Shown piece by piece: positions 1 through 11,300 of a stretch of 64,000 nucleotides of DNA (positions are counted from its first letter, which is position 1; every line of letters starts with the position of its first letter). The notes below the pieces were generated by a model that saw nothing but the letters and a program-made list of their open reading frames with translations, was not told the DNA's origin and searched no databases. The stretch lies in the IMG/VR virus record IMGVR_UViG_3300023273_001138. One strand, given 5' to 3'. This DNA comes from an uncultured virus (IMG/VR IMGVR_UViG_3300023273_001138). Its lineage: Duplodnaviria > Heunggongvirae > Uroviricota > Caudoviricetes. A program made the position numbers and the translations under genes.

Positions 1-2
1 TT

Positions 3-3000
3 AGTAAACCATCATTGGCAACTATTAGAAGTATATTCCAAGATGGTGATTTGGGTGACCCAACAATAGCAGGTGAATCTGGATATGTTGTAACTCCAAC
101 TGGAACTTATACAACTGATACTGAATTAGCAATCGTAAGTAGTTCATTCTCATTAATTAATGATATTATTGAAAATACAACATCATCTATTGCTGATTTT
201 GTTGATAATACTTACAACAAACGTAAGTTTACAAACACAACTCAATATTCATCTTCTGTATCTGCATCAACGGCTGAACTTTCAATTGTTGATAATAGAT
301 TTGGAATTGTGGTGGACATTGTTGAAAATGGATTATCTCAAAAACCAACTATCGTAAGAAATAATACCGATGTTGATAACCTAATTAAGGTAACGGATAC
401 TCCACAATATATTTCAGCATCATCAGCTGATAAACTACAATCTAAGATTGTATCTTCATCAATCGCTATTGTAACTGATATTATTGAGAATGGAAGTGGT
501 TCGGCACCTACGATTATTGAGTACACAACTCCATCTGATTCTCCAAAAGCTAAATTGGCTTATCAGTTAATTAAGAATAACCTACCATTTATTGTATCTG
601 AATCAATCGCTTACATTTCATCTTCTTGGAGTGATTTCTCATACAACGAAGCAAGTTGTAGTAGAGATGTTGCATTGATTGTGAGTGGTGCAGCGGAAGA
701 TTTAATTTGGAACTCAAATTCCGCATCGGTGGTAAATGGTAAGTTCTACTTAGAATATCCATCTGCCGCAACTGGTTCTCAATTACAACAAACATTAGAT
801 GGTATCAATTATGCTAGTACTCTAACTCAACACATTGTAAGAAATAGAACATTCGTAACCGCATCATCATCAGTTTCGGCATCTTACAACTTATTGGTTG
901 AAAACAAAGAATTTATCCAAAACGAAACTATCGCTTACTTATCTTCTTCTTGGAGTGATTTCTATTACTCCGAATCTAAGTGTAAGAGAGATGTTGGGTA
1001 TATTATAGATGCAGTAGCAACTGATTTGAAATATGGTGGTAATGAAAGAAGTGTTATTGCTGGAGATTACTATTATAGATATCCATCAGCAGCGATTGTG
1101 GGTGGTGTACCAAATGTAGACCAACAAAAAGACCCAACTGTAACTGGTATCAATTACGCTAAATCATTGGCAAATGAGTTACTAAGTGGTTCTCAGTTTG
1201 TAACTGCTTCAAACGAAGTTGAATTCGTTTACGATTCAATTAGAGAAAATAGAGAATTTATCCAAGCGGAAACTGTTGCATTTGTAAACGCTAAATATCC
1301 AAACTTAGAATACAACGAAGCTAGTTGTAGTAGAGATGCTGGATTCATCGTAGATGCGGTAGCAACTGATTTAAGATGGGGTGGTAACCAACGCTCAATC
1401 GTAGCTGGACAGTACTACTATAAATTCCCATCACAAGCAACAACCGCACAATTGGGTGAAACTACTGATGCAGTAATTTACGCATCTAAGTTGGTAACTG
1501 AATTGATTGATAAGAATACTTTACCAATTCCATCAGCTAGTTTGAATACTAACAATAATATTAAAGTAACATCAACACCTCAATACATTTCAGCATCTTC
1601 TGCTGGTGAAGTTGAATTAACTAAGATTAGTTCTTCATTCGCATCAGTTAGTGGTATTGTTGAAGATGGTGTGAGTGTTATCCCAACATTAGTTGAAAAC
1701 TTAAATGAGAACATTAAAGTAACAAATGTTACTCAATACATTTCTTCATCAGCTAGTGGTTCATTAGAAAATATTTCATTTATTTCAGAATCGGTTGAGA
1801 TTGTAACTGATATTATTTCTAATGGAACTGGTTCACTTCCATTGTTTGGAACTTATACAACTCCATCAACTGATGAAAGTACAATCGCAGCTTACCAAAT
1901 CCTAAGAAGTAATATTTCATTCATTCAATCGGAATCAATAGCTTACTTATCATCTTCTTGGAGTACGGCATCTTATGATGAAGCTAAATGTGCTAGAGAT
2001 ATTAAGTTGATTATTAGTGGAGCAGCTGAAGATTTAATTTGGAACGCTAATTCCGCATCTATTGTAAATGGTAAATTCTACTATGAATACCCATCCCAAG
2101 CGCAAGGAGCTCAATTAAATCAAACTTTAGATGGTATCAATTACGCAAGTAGATTGGCACAAAAACTTATTCAAAATATTGAATTTGTAACTGCATCTTC
2201 TGAAAGAGTTGTAACATCTGAATTGTTGAGATTGAACACACCATTCATTCAGACTGAAACAATCGCTTACTTATCTTCATCTTGGTCAACTTTTGATTAT
2301 GATGAAGTAACTTGTAAGAGAGATGTTGGATACATTATTGATGCTGTAAGAACTGATATTGTATATGGTGGTAACGAAAGAACTAACAAAGCAGGAAACT
2401 TCTACTACTTATATCCATCACAAGCAACTGGTTCTCAATTAGACCAAACATTGGATGGAATCAGATACGCTGGTAGATTGGCTGAGAAAGTTGCTAGTAA
2501 TATTCAATTAGTATCACCATCATCAGCTTCTCAACAATCTTATGATTTATTAAGAGATAACAAAGGATTCATTCAAAGTGAATCAATCGCTTACTTATCA
2601 TCTTCTTGGAGTGAGTTTGATTACAACCAAGAAACTTGTAAGAGAGATATTGGATACATCTTAGATGCTATTTCAACTGATATTCTTTATGGTGGAACTG
2701 AGAGAAGTGTAATAGCTGGAAATTACTATTACAAATATCCATCATCAGCAACTAACGCTCAATTAGACCCAACGGTAACTGGAATTGAGTACGCGGGTGA
2801 TATGATGGAAAAAGTAATTGTAAACCAAATATTCCAATCTCCATCAGCTGAAAGAATTGCTGGTAACGAATCGTTACTAAACAATAGAACATTCATTCAA
2901 TCAGAATCATTGGCTTACTTAACTGCTAGTTGGAGTACATTTGAGTACAACAAAGATAAGTGTGCTAGAGATGTTGGATATATTGTGGATGCAGTTGCAA

Positions 3001-4460
3001 CTGATTTCTTATATGGTGGAAATGAAAGAAGTAGAACCGCTGGTGAATACTACTACTTATATCCATCGGAAGCAACTTCAGTTCAAGCAAATCAAACAAC
3101 TGATGGTGTGAAATACGCTGGTAGAATCTCTGAAGCATTGGTTCAAAATATCCAATTCGTAACAGCATCTACCGAAGTATCCGCATCGTTTGACTTGTTG
3201 AGAAAGAACAAACCATTTATCGCTGAAGAAACAATTCAGTATGTATCTTCTTCTTGGAGTGGTGTTTACTATGATGAAGCTAAATGTAGAAGAGATACTG
3301 GATTCATAGTAGATGCAGCAGCAACCGATTTATTGTATGGTGGTAACGAAAGAAGTGTTATCGCTGGTAATTACTACTTCAAATACCCATCATCGGCAAC
3401 TGAAAGAGGTGTACCTTCGGTGGTATCTCAATTAGACCCAACAACTACTGGTATCAAATATGCTAGTGGATTGGCTCAAAATGTGATTCAAAATATTGAA
3501 TGGAACGAACCATCAGCATCGGTATTAGTTGCGGCTGATTTATTGGTGAATAACAAAACATTTATTCAAAAAGAAACTATCGCATTTTTATCTTCATCTT
3601 GGAGTGAGTTCGCTTACAATGATGTAAGTTGTAGTAGAGATTTGGGTTACATCATAGATGCGGTTAGAACTGATTTGGTATATGGTGGTAACGAAAGAAG
3701 TATCCAAGCGGCTACATTCTATTACTATATTCCTTCAGTAGCAATTACTGAACAAAAACCCCAAACAATCGATGGTATTGATTTCGCAAAAGGAATGGCT
3801 GAAAAAGTTATTAAGCAAGACCAATTAACATTCGCTAGTTTGAATAGAAGAAATGGTTACAATGAATTAAGAGCAGCGAAGAAATATTTACAATCATCGG
3901 CAATTTCATATACTGAAGCAGCATTCCCAGGTTTTGAATATAACGAAGAAAAATGTTATAGAGATACTGGATTTATTTTAGATGCTATTTCAACTGATTT
4001 ACTATATGGTGGTAATGAGAGAAGTATTGAAGCTGCAAAATCTTACTACAATGGTGTTTATGGTGATGCTAGTGTAGTGATAAACGAACAAAAGAAAGAA
4101 ACGGCAGAAACAAATAGATATTTAAGAACTTTATTCCAAAAAGTTGCTAGAAATGCACCATTGGAATTATTTGGTTCACTAATTATTACTACTGGACATG
4201 ATTTCTCATATGCTGGTTCTGGTGTAACTTATAAAGCATTACCTCCTAACCAAGGTGGTAATGGAGTTCCAGACCCAGATAAAGAAATTGTTGAATTGGG
4301 TGGAGGTAGAGTATTCTTCACTGCGGGTAACGAACTTGGTGACTTTAAGATTGGTACGGGACTTGTAATTAATCAGGCAACTGGTACATTACAGGGTAGA
4401 ACATTCTCTCGTTCATTATTCTCATTAGTTACACCATTCTCTCTCGCTCTGGAAGGGTAA
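3..4460 (+). CDS. Giant virion structural protein (5'-truncated by the window) with ten ~108-aa C-x-R-D helical repeats
   Basis: Frame is open from base 3, so the TTG at 15 is not the true start. Repeat consensus YxExxCxRDxGYIxDAxxTDLxYGGNERS. The C-terminal GHDFSYAGSG...GGRVFFT...GDFKIG...INQATG resembles ends of large structural proteins of T4-like aquatic phages. Confidence 0.75.
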   Translation, partial: SKPSLATIRSIFQDGDLGDPTIAGESGYVVTPTGTYTTDTELAIVSSSFSLINDIIENTTSSIADFVDNTYNKRKFTNTTQYSSSVSASTAELSIVDNRFGIVVDIVENGLSQKPTIVRNNTDVDNLIKVTDTPQYISASSADKLQSKIVSSSIAIVTDIIENGSGSAPTIIEYTTPSDSPKAKLAYQLIKNNLPFIVSESIAYISSSWSDFSYNEASCSRDVALIVSGAAEDLIWNSNSASVVNGKFYLEYPSAATGSQLQQTLDGINYASTLTQHIVRNRTFVTASSSVSASYNLLVENKEFIQNETIAYLSSSWSDFYYSESKCKRDVGYIIDAVATDLKYGGNERSVIAGDYYYRYPSAAIVGGVPNVDQQKDPTVTGINYAKSLANELLSGSQFVTASNEVEFVYDSIRENREFIQAETVAFVNAKYPNLEYNEASCSRDAGFIVDAVATDLRWGGNQRSIVAGQYYYKFPSQATTAQLGETTDAVIYASKLVTELIDKNTLPIPSASLNTNNNIKVTSTPQYISASSAGEVELTKISSSFASVSGIVEDGVSVIPTLVENLNENIKVTNVTQYISSSASGSLENISFISESVEIVTDIISNGTGSLPLFGTYTTPSTDESTIAAYQILRSNISFIQSESIAYLSSSWSTASYDEAKCARDIKLIISGAAEDLIWNANSASIVNGKFYYEYPSQAQGAQLNQTLDGINYASRLAQKLIQNIEFVTASSERVVTSELLRLNTPFIQTETIAYLSSSWSTFDYDEVTCKRDVGYIIDAVRTDIVYGGNERTNKAGNFYYLYPSQATGSQLDQTLDGIRYAGRLAEKVASNIQLVSPSSASQQSYDLLRDNKGFIQSESIAYLSSSWSEFDYNQETCKRDIGYILDAISTDILYGGTERSVIAGNYYYKYPSSATNAQLDPTVTGIEYAGDMMEKVIVNQIFQSPSAERIAGNESLLNNRTFIQSESLAYLTASWSTFEYNKDKCARDVGYIVDAVATDFLYGGNERSRTAGEYYYLYPSEATSVQANQTTDGVKYAGRISEALVQNIQFVTASTEVSASFDLLRKNKPFIAEETIQYVSSSWSGVYYDEAKCRRDTGFIVDAAATDLLYGGNERSVIAGNYYFKYPSSATERGVPSVVSQLDPTTTGIKYASGLAQNVIQNIEWNEPSASVLVAADLLVNNKTFIQKETIAFLSSSWSEFAYNDVSCSRDLGYIIDAVRTDLVYGGNERSIQAATFYYYIPSVAITEQKPQTIDGIDFAKGMAEKVIKQDQLTFASLNRRNGYNELRAAKKYLQSSAISYTEAAFPGFEYNEEKCYRDTGFILDAISTDLLYGGNERSIEAAKSYYNGVYGDASVVINEQKKETAETNRYLRTLFQKVARNAPLELFGSLIITTGHDFSYAGSGVTYKALPPNQGGNGVPDPDKEIVELGGGRVFFTAGNELGDFKIGTGLVINQATGTLQGRTFSRSLFSLVTPFSLALEG
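657..4050 (+). repeat. Intragenic repeat array with Cys codons at 657, 981, 1326, 1989, 2313, 2637, 2961, 3285, 3630 and 3954
   Basis: Spacings read from the sequence: 324, 345, 663, 324, 324, 324, 324, 345, 324 nt. Confidence 0.95.
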
Positions 4461-4474
4461 TAAATTAAAGTTGA

Positions 4475-4483
4475 ATATTTATA
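4475..4483 (+). promoter_or_regulatory. Putative phage late-promoter motif ATATTTATA
   Basis: The same motif recurs in many intergenic gaps upstream of structural genes. Confidence 0.6.
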
Positions 4484-4502
4484 TAAGATAAAGTGAAAAA
4501 AC

Positions 4503-5366
4503 ATGGCAGATGAATTAATTCCATTAAACGCATTTAAATCAGTAGTTGCAACTTTGACTGGTGAGGAAGACCAGGTGTATAAAGCACCTACTGGTGTTTC
4601 TACTATTATATTATCGGCTCAAATTACAAACAATGGTACACAAACCCAAGAAGTTGTAATTAAGTTAGCACCAAACAGAATTTTACCAGTTCCACAAGTT
4701 GCTGGAATTGCAAATTCAGGAAGTTTCTTCTCATCATCAGCATTAATAGTTGAAAATAAAAATTTCCTTAAAAAAGAAGTAGCTGCTTACACTAGATTCA
4801 ATAATAATCTTCAAGAAATTCCATTTGGATTTTCATCATCAAGATATGAAGAATATGTTGAAACCGCTGTAAACGCTGTAACATTTGATATAATTAATAG
4901 TGGTAGTACAATTAGAACCAATAAAGCGGCACTATCTTTTTATGATAAAGATGGTGTATTATTGATTCCATCAAATCAAATTACAGCATCAATAAATGCA
5001 ATATCGTACACAAATACACTTGCTCAGAAAATTATTCTAAATGAATCAGTAACGGGTTCTGATGATGTAGATAGATTATATCAATCAAGCGTAACACAAT
5101 CAATTAATACTAATTTAATAGCTGAAAGTGGTTCATCAAATATTATAAGAGAACTATTTACTGTAATATCTGGAGCAATTCAAGACCCAGTAACGGAAAC
5201 ACAAACTCCAGTAGAGTTTGTAACTAATTTTCCGATACCAACAGGTGATTCATTTTCCCCTGTTGTGGCTGGTAAATTAGTATTGGAGGAAGATTATGGA
5301 CTGGTTTTTTCTGGTTCTACTGATTTAAGTGTGGTTCTATCTATATTAGAAACCGCTAATGAATAA
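4503..5366 (+). CDS. Virion protein: small beta-rich domain (paralog of 20901..21233) interrupted by a degenerate helical repeat
   Basis: N-terminal AFKS...VYKAP...IILSAQITN and C-terminal IPTGDS...KLVLE...VVLSILE match 20901..21233; the middle resembles the repeat of the upstream gene. Confidence 0.65.
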   Translation: MADELIPLNAFKSVVATLTGEEDQVYKAPTGVSTIILSAQITNNGTQTQEVVIKLAPNRILPVPQVAGIANSGSFFSSSALIVENKNFLKKEVAAYTRFNNNLQEIPFGFSSSRYEEYVETAVNAVTFDIINSGSTIRTNKAALSFYDKDGVLLIPSNQITASINAISYTNTLAQKIILNESVTGSDDVDRLYQSSVTQSINTNLIAESGSSNIIRELFTVISGAIQDPVTETQTPVEFVTNFPIPTGDSFSPVVAGKLVLEEDYGLVFSGSTDLSVVLSILETANE

Positions 5367-5381
5367 AAATAAGAGTTGTAA

Positions 5382-8300
5382 ATGGGTCAATTACTAAGTG
5401 GTAAAGTAAAAGTAACTCGTCCGCAGGACGTATCGCTGGATAGGTATCAGTATTTATCCCTTTCAGAAGCCGAGCCTAATTTGGGGGTTCCTGAAAGTGG
5501 TAGTATTAGTTCTGGTTCTTTTGCATTAGTTGCATCGGATGATGCTGGTAATAGACTATTTGTTACTAAAATTCAATTAGAAGAGTTTAGTGGTTCATTT
5601 AGTGGTTCATTTCAAGGTGATGGTTCACAATTAACAAATTTACCCTTAGTAGAAGATGCTAGTAGATTAATATCAGGTTCTGCATCGGCATCAATTTCTC
5701 CACAAACTGGATTCTTAGTTAACACATCTGGTTCATTTGATGGTGGATTGACTGTTGATGGTAATGGTAGATTTACTGGTGATTTAGTTGTTGATAATAA
5801 AATTGTAGCAAGAGAAATTTTAGTTGAATTTATTTCTTCATCTATATTTTTCTCATCTGGTTCAAATAAATTTGGTGATGAACTAACCGATAGACAAGAA
5901 TTTACAGGTTCGGTTGAAATAACTGGTTCACTAACTACCGATGGTGTTGTTGAAATACCATTTGATAGCGCGGGATTCTTTAGTGGTAGTGGTGAGGGAT
6001 TAACTAACATTCCTCGTTCAGCACTTACAGAAGATGCATTAGTAACCAATAAAATTACTTCAGGTTCAGTAACCGCTTCGGTTGACCCACAAAGAGGATT
6101 TATATTAGAAGATACTGAAGGTGATGTTAAAGCAGAATTTAGTGGTTCTGTATTTGTAAGTAGTTCAGTATCTGCATCTATCTTTAGTGGTAGTGGTGCT
6201 GGATTATTTGATATACCTCGTTCTGCTCTTACTGAAGATGCATTAGTAACAAATAAAATAACAAGTGGTAGTGTAACCGCATCTGTTTCACCCGATGAAG
6301 GATTTAAAGTAGAATCATTAGAAAGTGGTTCTCAGATAACTGGTTCAATTAAAGTTAGTGGTAGTATAACCTTAGCAGATGGTGAATCTTATTCTGGTAG
6401 TGGTGCTAATTTATTCGATATTCCATTATCTGCATTATCAACAGAAACATTAATAGCAACATCTTTAGAAAGTGGTAGTGTAACCGCATCGGTTTCACCC
6501 GATGAAGGATTTAAAGTAGAATCATTAGAAAGTGGTTCTCAAATCACGGGTTCAATTAGAATTAGTGGTAGTATTACATTATCCGATGGAGAAACATATT
6601 CTGGTAGTGGTGCTGATTTATTTGATATACCTCGTTCTGCTCTTACTGAAGATGCATTAGTAACAAATCAAATTACATCTGGTTCTGTAACCGCATCTGT
6701 TTCACCTCAAGGATTCTTTAAAGTGGAATCAACTGGTTCGGTAAAAACTGAATTAAGTGGTTCACTTTTTGTAAGTGGTGGTATTTCTGGTTCGTTCTTT
6801 TCTGGTAGTGGTGCTGGTTTATTTGATATTCCATTATCTGCATTAGCTGAAGAGGTTGTAGCTGCAACAAAAATACAAGATGGTAATGTAACAGCCTCAG
6901 TTGATGAACAAAATGGTTTTATAGTAATATCTGAAGCAAGTGGTTCACAATTTACAGGTTCTTTATTTGTAAGTGGTGGAGTTACATTAGAAGATGGAAT
7001 ATACACTGGTGATGGTAGTGGATTATTTAATATTCCGATATCTAACTTAGCTGGTGATTCACCAAGAATTGCTAGTGGTTCAGCAACAGCATCAGTTGAC
7101 CCAGAGGATGGTTTTAAATTCTTTGGAGCAGATAGAGCAGAATTTAGTTCTTCATTATTTGTATCTGAATCAATTGAAGCAAAGGAAATTAGTGGTTCGT
7201 TTAGTGGTAGTGGTGCTAACTTATTCGATATTCCAGAATCAGCACTTTCTTTTGAAATAAGTAAAATTACTTCTGGTTCAGTAACCGCATCCGTTGATGC
7301 TGAAGATGGTTTTGTTGTAACTTCAATCGCTAGTGGTTCAACATTCTTTGGAGAGGTTAGAGTAGAAAGCGGTTCATCATATAGTGGTAGTGGTGCTAAA
7401 CTATTTGATATTCCAGTAGCTGCTATTGTAGATTTAGATACTTCATTAATATTTAGTGGTTCAATTACCGCATCTACAAACCCAGAAGATGGATTTGTAG
7501 TAACTTCGATAGAAAGTGGTTCAACATTCTTCGGTGATGTAAAACTATCTTCAGGTTCAGTATTTAGTGGTAGTGGTAGGGATTTATTTGATATACCAAG
7601 AAGTGCACTAACAGAAGATGCATTACTTTCATCATTTATAGCTAGTGGTTCGGTAACGGCATCAGTATCCCCAGTATTTGGATTTAGATTAGAAGGTACT
7701 AATAGAGCAGAATTTAGTTCTTCGGTGTTTGTAGAAAGTGGAGTTTCTGCATCGGTATTTAGTGGTAGTGGTGCTGGGTTAACTGATATACCGGAATCAG
7801 CTTTAGCATTTGATATTAATAAAATTAGTAGTGGTTCTGCAACTGCATCAATTTCACCAAATGAAGGATTTGTAGTTAATACATTCTCAAAATTTGAATT
7901 CCCAGTATCAGCATCTATGTTTAGTGGTAGTGGTGCTGGATTATTTGATATTCCACAATCAGCATTAACTGAAGAAGCATTTAGAATTGCAAGTGGTTCA
8001 GCAACTGCATCCGTTTCTCCAAACTTAGGATTTGTAGTTAATACATCTTCATTATTTGAGCAAGATGTTAGAATAGATAGTGATTTGGTTGTAACGGGTA
8101 GAATTACAACAAACGAATTATATACAAACTTTATTTCATCATCGATTGTTTATTCATCTGGTTCAAATATATTTGGTGATTCAGCTGAAGATAAACAAAC
8201 ATTAATTGGTGAAACTGAGATTGTTGGTAATGTAACCGCAAGTGGAATTATAAGTTCATCATTTGAAGGTGATGGTAGTAGATTATTCAATATACCATTA

Positions 8301-11300
8301 AACGCATTATCAGAAGAAGCATTTAGAATTGCTAGTGGTTCAGTATCGGCTTCATTATTATACAAATCAGGTTCAGATGAACCAAGTCTTTTTAGAGTAG
8401 AAGATACAACTAGAAAAGAAATACGAACTGAATTAAGTGGTTCTCTTGGAGTAAGTGGTAGTTTATCCGCATCTATGTTTAGTGGTAGTGGTGAAGGTTT
8501 ATTTGATATTCCTCGTTCAGCATTAGCACCAGATGCATTATTATCAAATTTAATAGCAACTGGTTCAATTACTGCTTCTCTTAATCCAAATGGTGGAATG
8601 AATGTAAATACATTCACAACAATCACTGGTGGATTATTTGTAAAAGCAGAACAAACTCCAGGTCAAGCTGAAGTATCACTTATAGAATTGGGTGATACTA
8701 CTAGAATTAGTGGGTCATTATTTATTTCAGAATCAGTAACCGCATCACTATTTCAGGGTGATGGTAGTGGTTTATTTAATATTCCGGCCGCACAACTTTC
8801 TGGTGATTCACCAAGAATAGCATCTGGTTCGGCAACCGCATCGATTTCACCTAACTTAGGATTCCAAGTAAATGTACCAGCAACATTTGATAGTAGTATT
8901 TCTGCATCAACTACGATATTTGCTAAAGATGTTGAAGTTACTGATGATGTAACCGCTGATAGATTCATTGGTAATGAAGTTAGTGGCGCATTTAGTGGTA
9001 GTGGTAGAGATTTATTTGATATTCCTCGTTCAGCATTAACTGAAGATGCATTACTTACAAATAATATTACAAGTGGTTCTATTACTGCATCGGTGATAGT
9101 AGTACCGCCTGAATCTGGTAGTAACATATTTAGAGTAGAAGATTCTACTGGAACTACCAAATCAGAATTTAGTGGTTCTGTATTTGTTTCAGAATCAATT
9201 ACTTCTAAATTTTTCATTGGTGATGGTTCTCAATTAACAAATGTACAAGCTGAAGAATCTCCTGTAATTGCTAGTGGTTCTGCTACGGCATCGGTTGAAA
9301 GTGGAGAGTTCTTTATCGTAAATGCTGGTAGTGGTTCTCAATTTACAAGTAGTATTGATATAACTGGTTCTGTAGTAATTTCAAATGATTTAACTGCTAG
9401 TAAGATTAATGTAGATGAGTTAGATGCTACGATTATCACTTCAGAAGAATTTACTGGTTCATTTTCTGGTTCATTTGCTGGTGATGGTTCACAACTTAAT
9501 AATATTCCATTTACATCTCTTAGTGGGGATGCACCTAGAATCGGTAGTGGTTCGGTAACCGCATCAACTGACCCAGATAGAGGATTTGTTGTAGAATCTT
9601 TAGATAGTGGTTCATTATTCACTGGTTCACTTTTCGTAAGTGGAAATGTTCAAATAAACGATGGTATTTTTAAAGGTGATGGTGCTGGATTATTTAATAT
9701 TCCTCAATCGGCATTAGCAGAAGATTCTCCAAGAATTGCTAGTGGTTCTGTAACTGCGTCTGTATCACCTAATTTAGGATTTGTAGTTAATACTTCTGGT
9801 TCGATTCAAGGTGATTTAACAATTGATAATGATTTATATGTAAGTGGGGCTATAAATGCTAGAGAGTTAAATGTAACATTTATAGATTCGGTTGTAATTA
9901 CATCTTCTGGTTCAAATACATTTGGAAATAGTTTAGATAATAGACAAGAATTTACAGGTTCAGTATTTGTAACTAATTCATTAGATGTAGATGGTGTTAT
10001 AACTGGTGATGGTAGTGGTTTATTCAACATTCCACAATCGGCACTTACTGAAGAAGCATTTAGAATTGCTAGTGGTAGCGTTTCTGCTTCAGTAACACCT
10101 GAAAGAGGATTCTTTGTAGAATCTACTGAAAGTGGTTCTGAATTTACGGGTTCAGTTAAAATTAGTGGAAGTTTAGATGTAAATGAAGGATTTAAAGTTG
10201 GTACTGATATTACTGCAAGTGAAGGTACGGTATCGGCATCATTCTTTGTGGGTGATGGTTCTCAATTAACCAACTTACCTGCGGCTGAGTTCGCTGAGGA
10301 AGCTAAGAGAATAGCTAGTGGTTCTGCTACTGCATCCATTTCACCCAACTTAGGGTTTGTAGTCAATACAACAACTAACTTAGAGGATGATGTAAGAATA
10401 ACAGGTAGTTTCATAGTATCATCATCAAACGGATTTGTTGATACTGGTTCAATAAATACAACATTTAATGTTATCAATGAGGGTTCATCCGCATATAGAT
10501 TTAGTGGTGGTGTAGTTGGTGATAACCCAACAATTACAATTGTAAGAGGATTAACTTATACATTCAATGTAAATGCACCTTCACATCCATTCTATATAAA
10601 AACTCAAAATTCCGATGGAACTGAATTTGAATATAGTGGTAGTGTAATAACAAATAATGGTACTGAAAATGGTACTATAACTTGGATAGTTTCTGGTTCC
10701 GCTCCAAATACACTTTATTATAATTGTGAAAATCACCTTGCAATGGCTGGTGAATTCAATATAGTTGATGAAATACCACTATACGGACAAATTGATTTAA
10801 TTGGTGATACTGAGGTAGTTGGTAATCTAAATATAACAGGTAGTACATTTGTAACTGGTAATTTAGATGTATCCAACACTATAACAGCTAATGAGGTAAG
10901 TGCTAGTAAATTCTTAGGAGACTTTAGTGGTTCATTTAGTGGAAGTGGTAGAGATTTATTTAATATTCCACTTTCAGCACTTGCTGAGGATGTACTTCCT
11001 CGTTCATTTATCGCAAGTGGTTCAGTAACCGCATCGGTTTCACCAAATAATGGATTTGAAGTAAACTCATCAGCATCAATTGAAGGTAACTTAAAAGTTA
11101 TTGGTGATACTTTCGTAACTGGTGGATTGGTGATTTCATCATCAATTACTGAAGTAGAGGCTGTATCTCAATCATTCTATATAACATTTAACGCTGATAG
11201 TTCATCATACTTGGTGGATAGTGTAGAAGAACCAACTTTAACGCTGGTAAGAGGTATTGAATACACATTCAATGTAAATACACCAAATTACAACTTCTAC

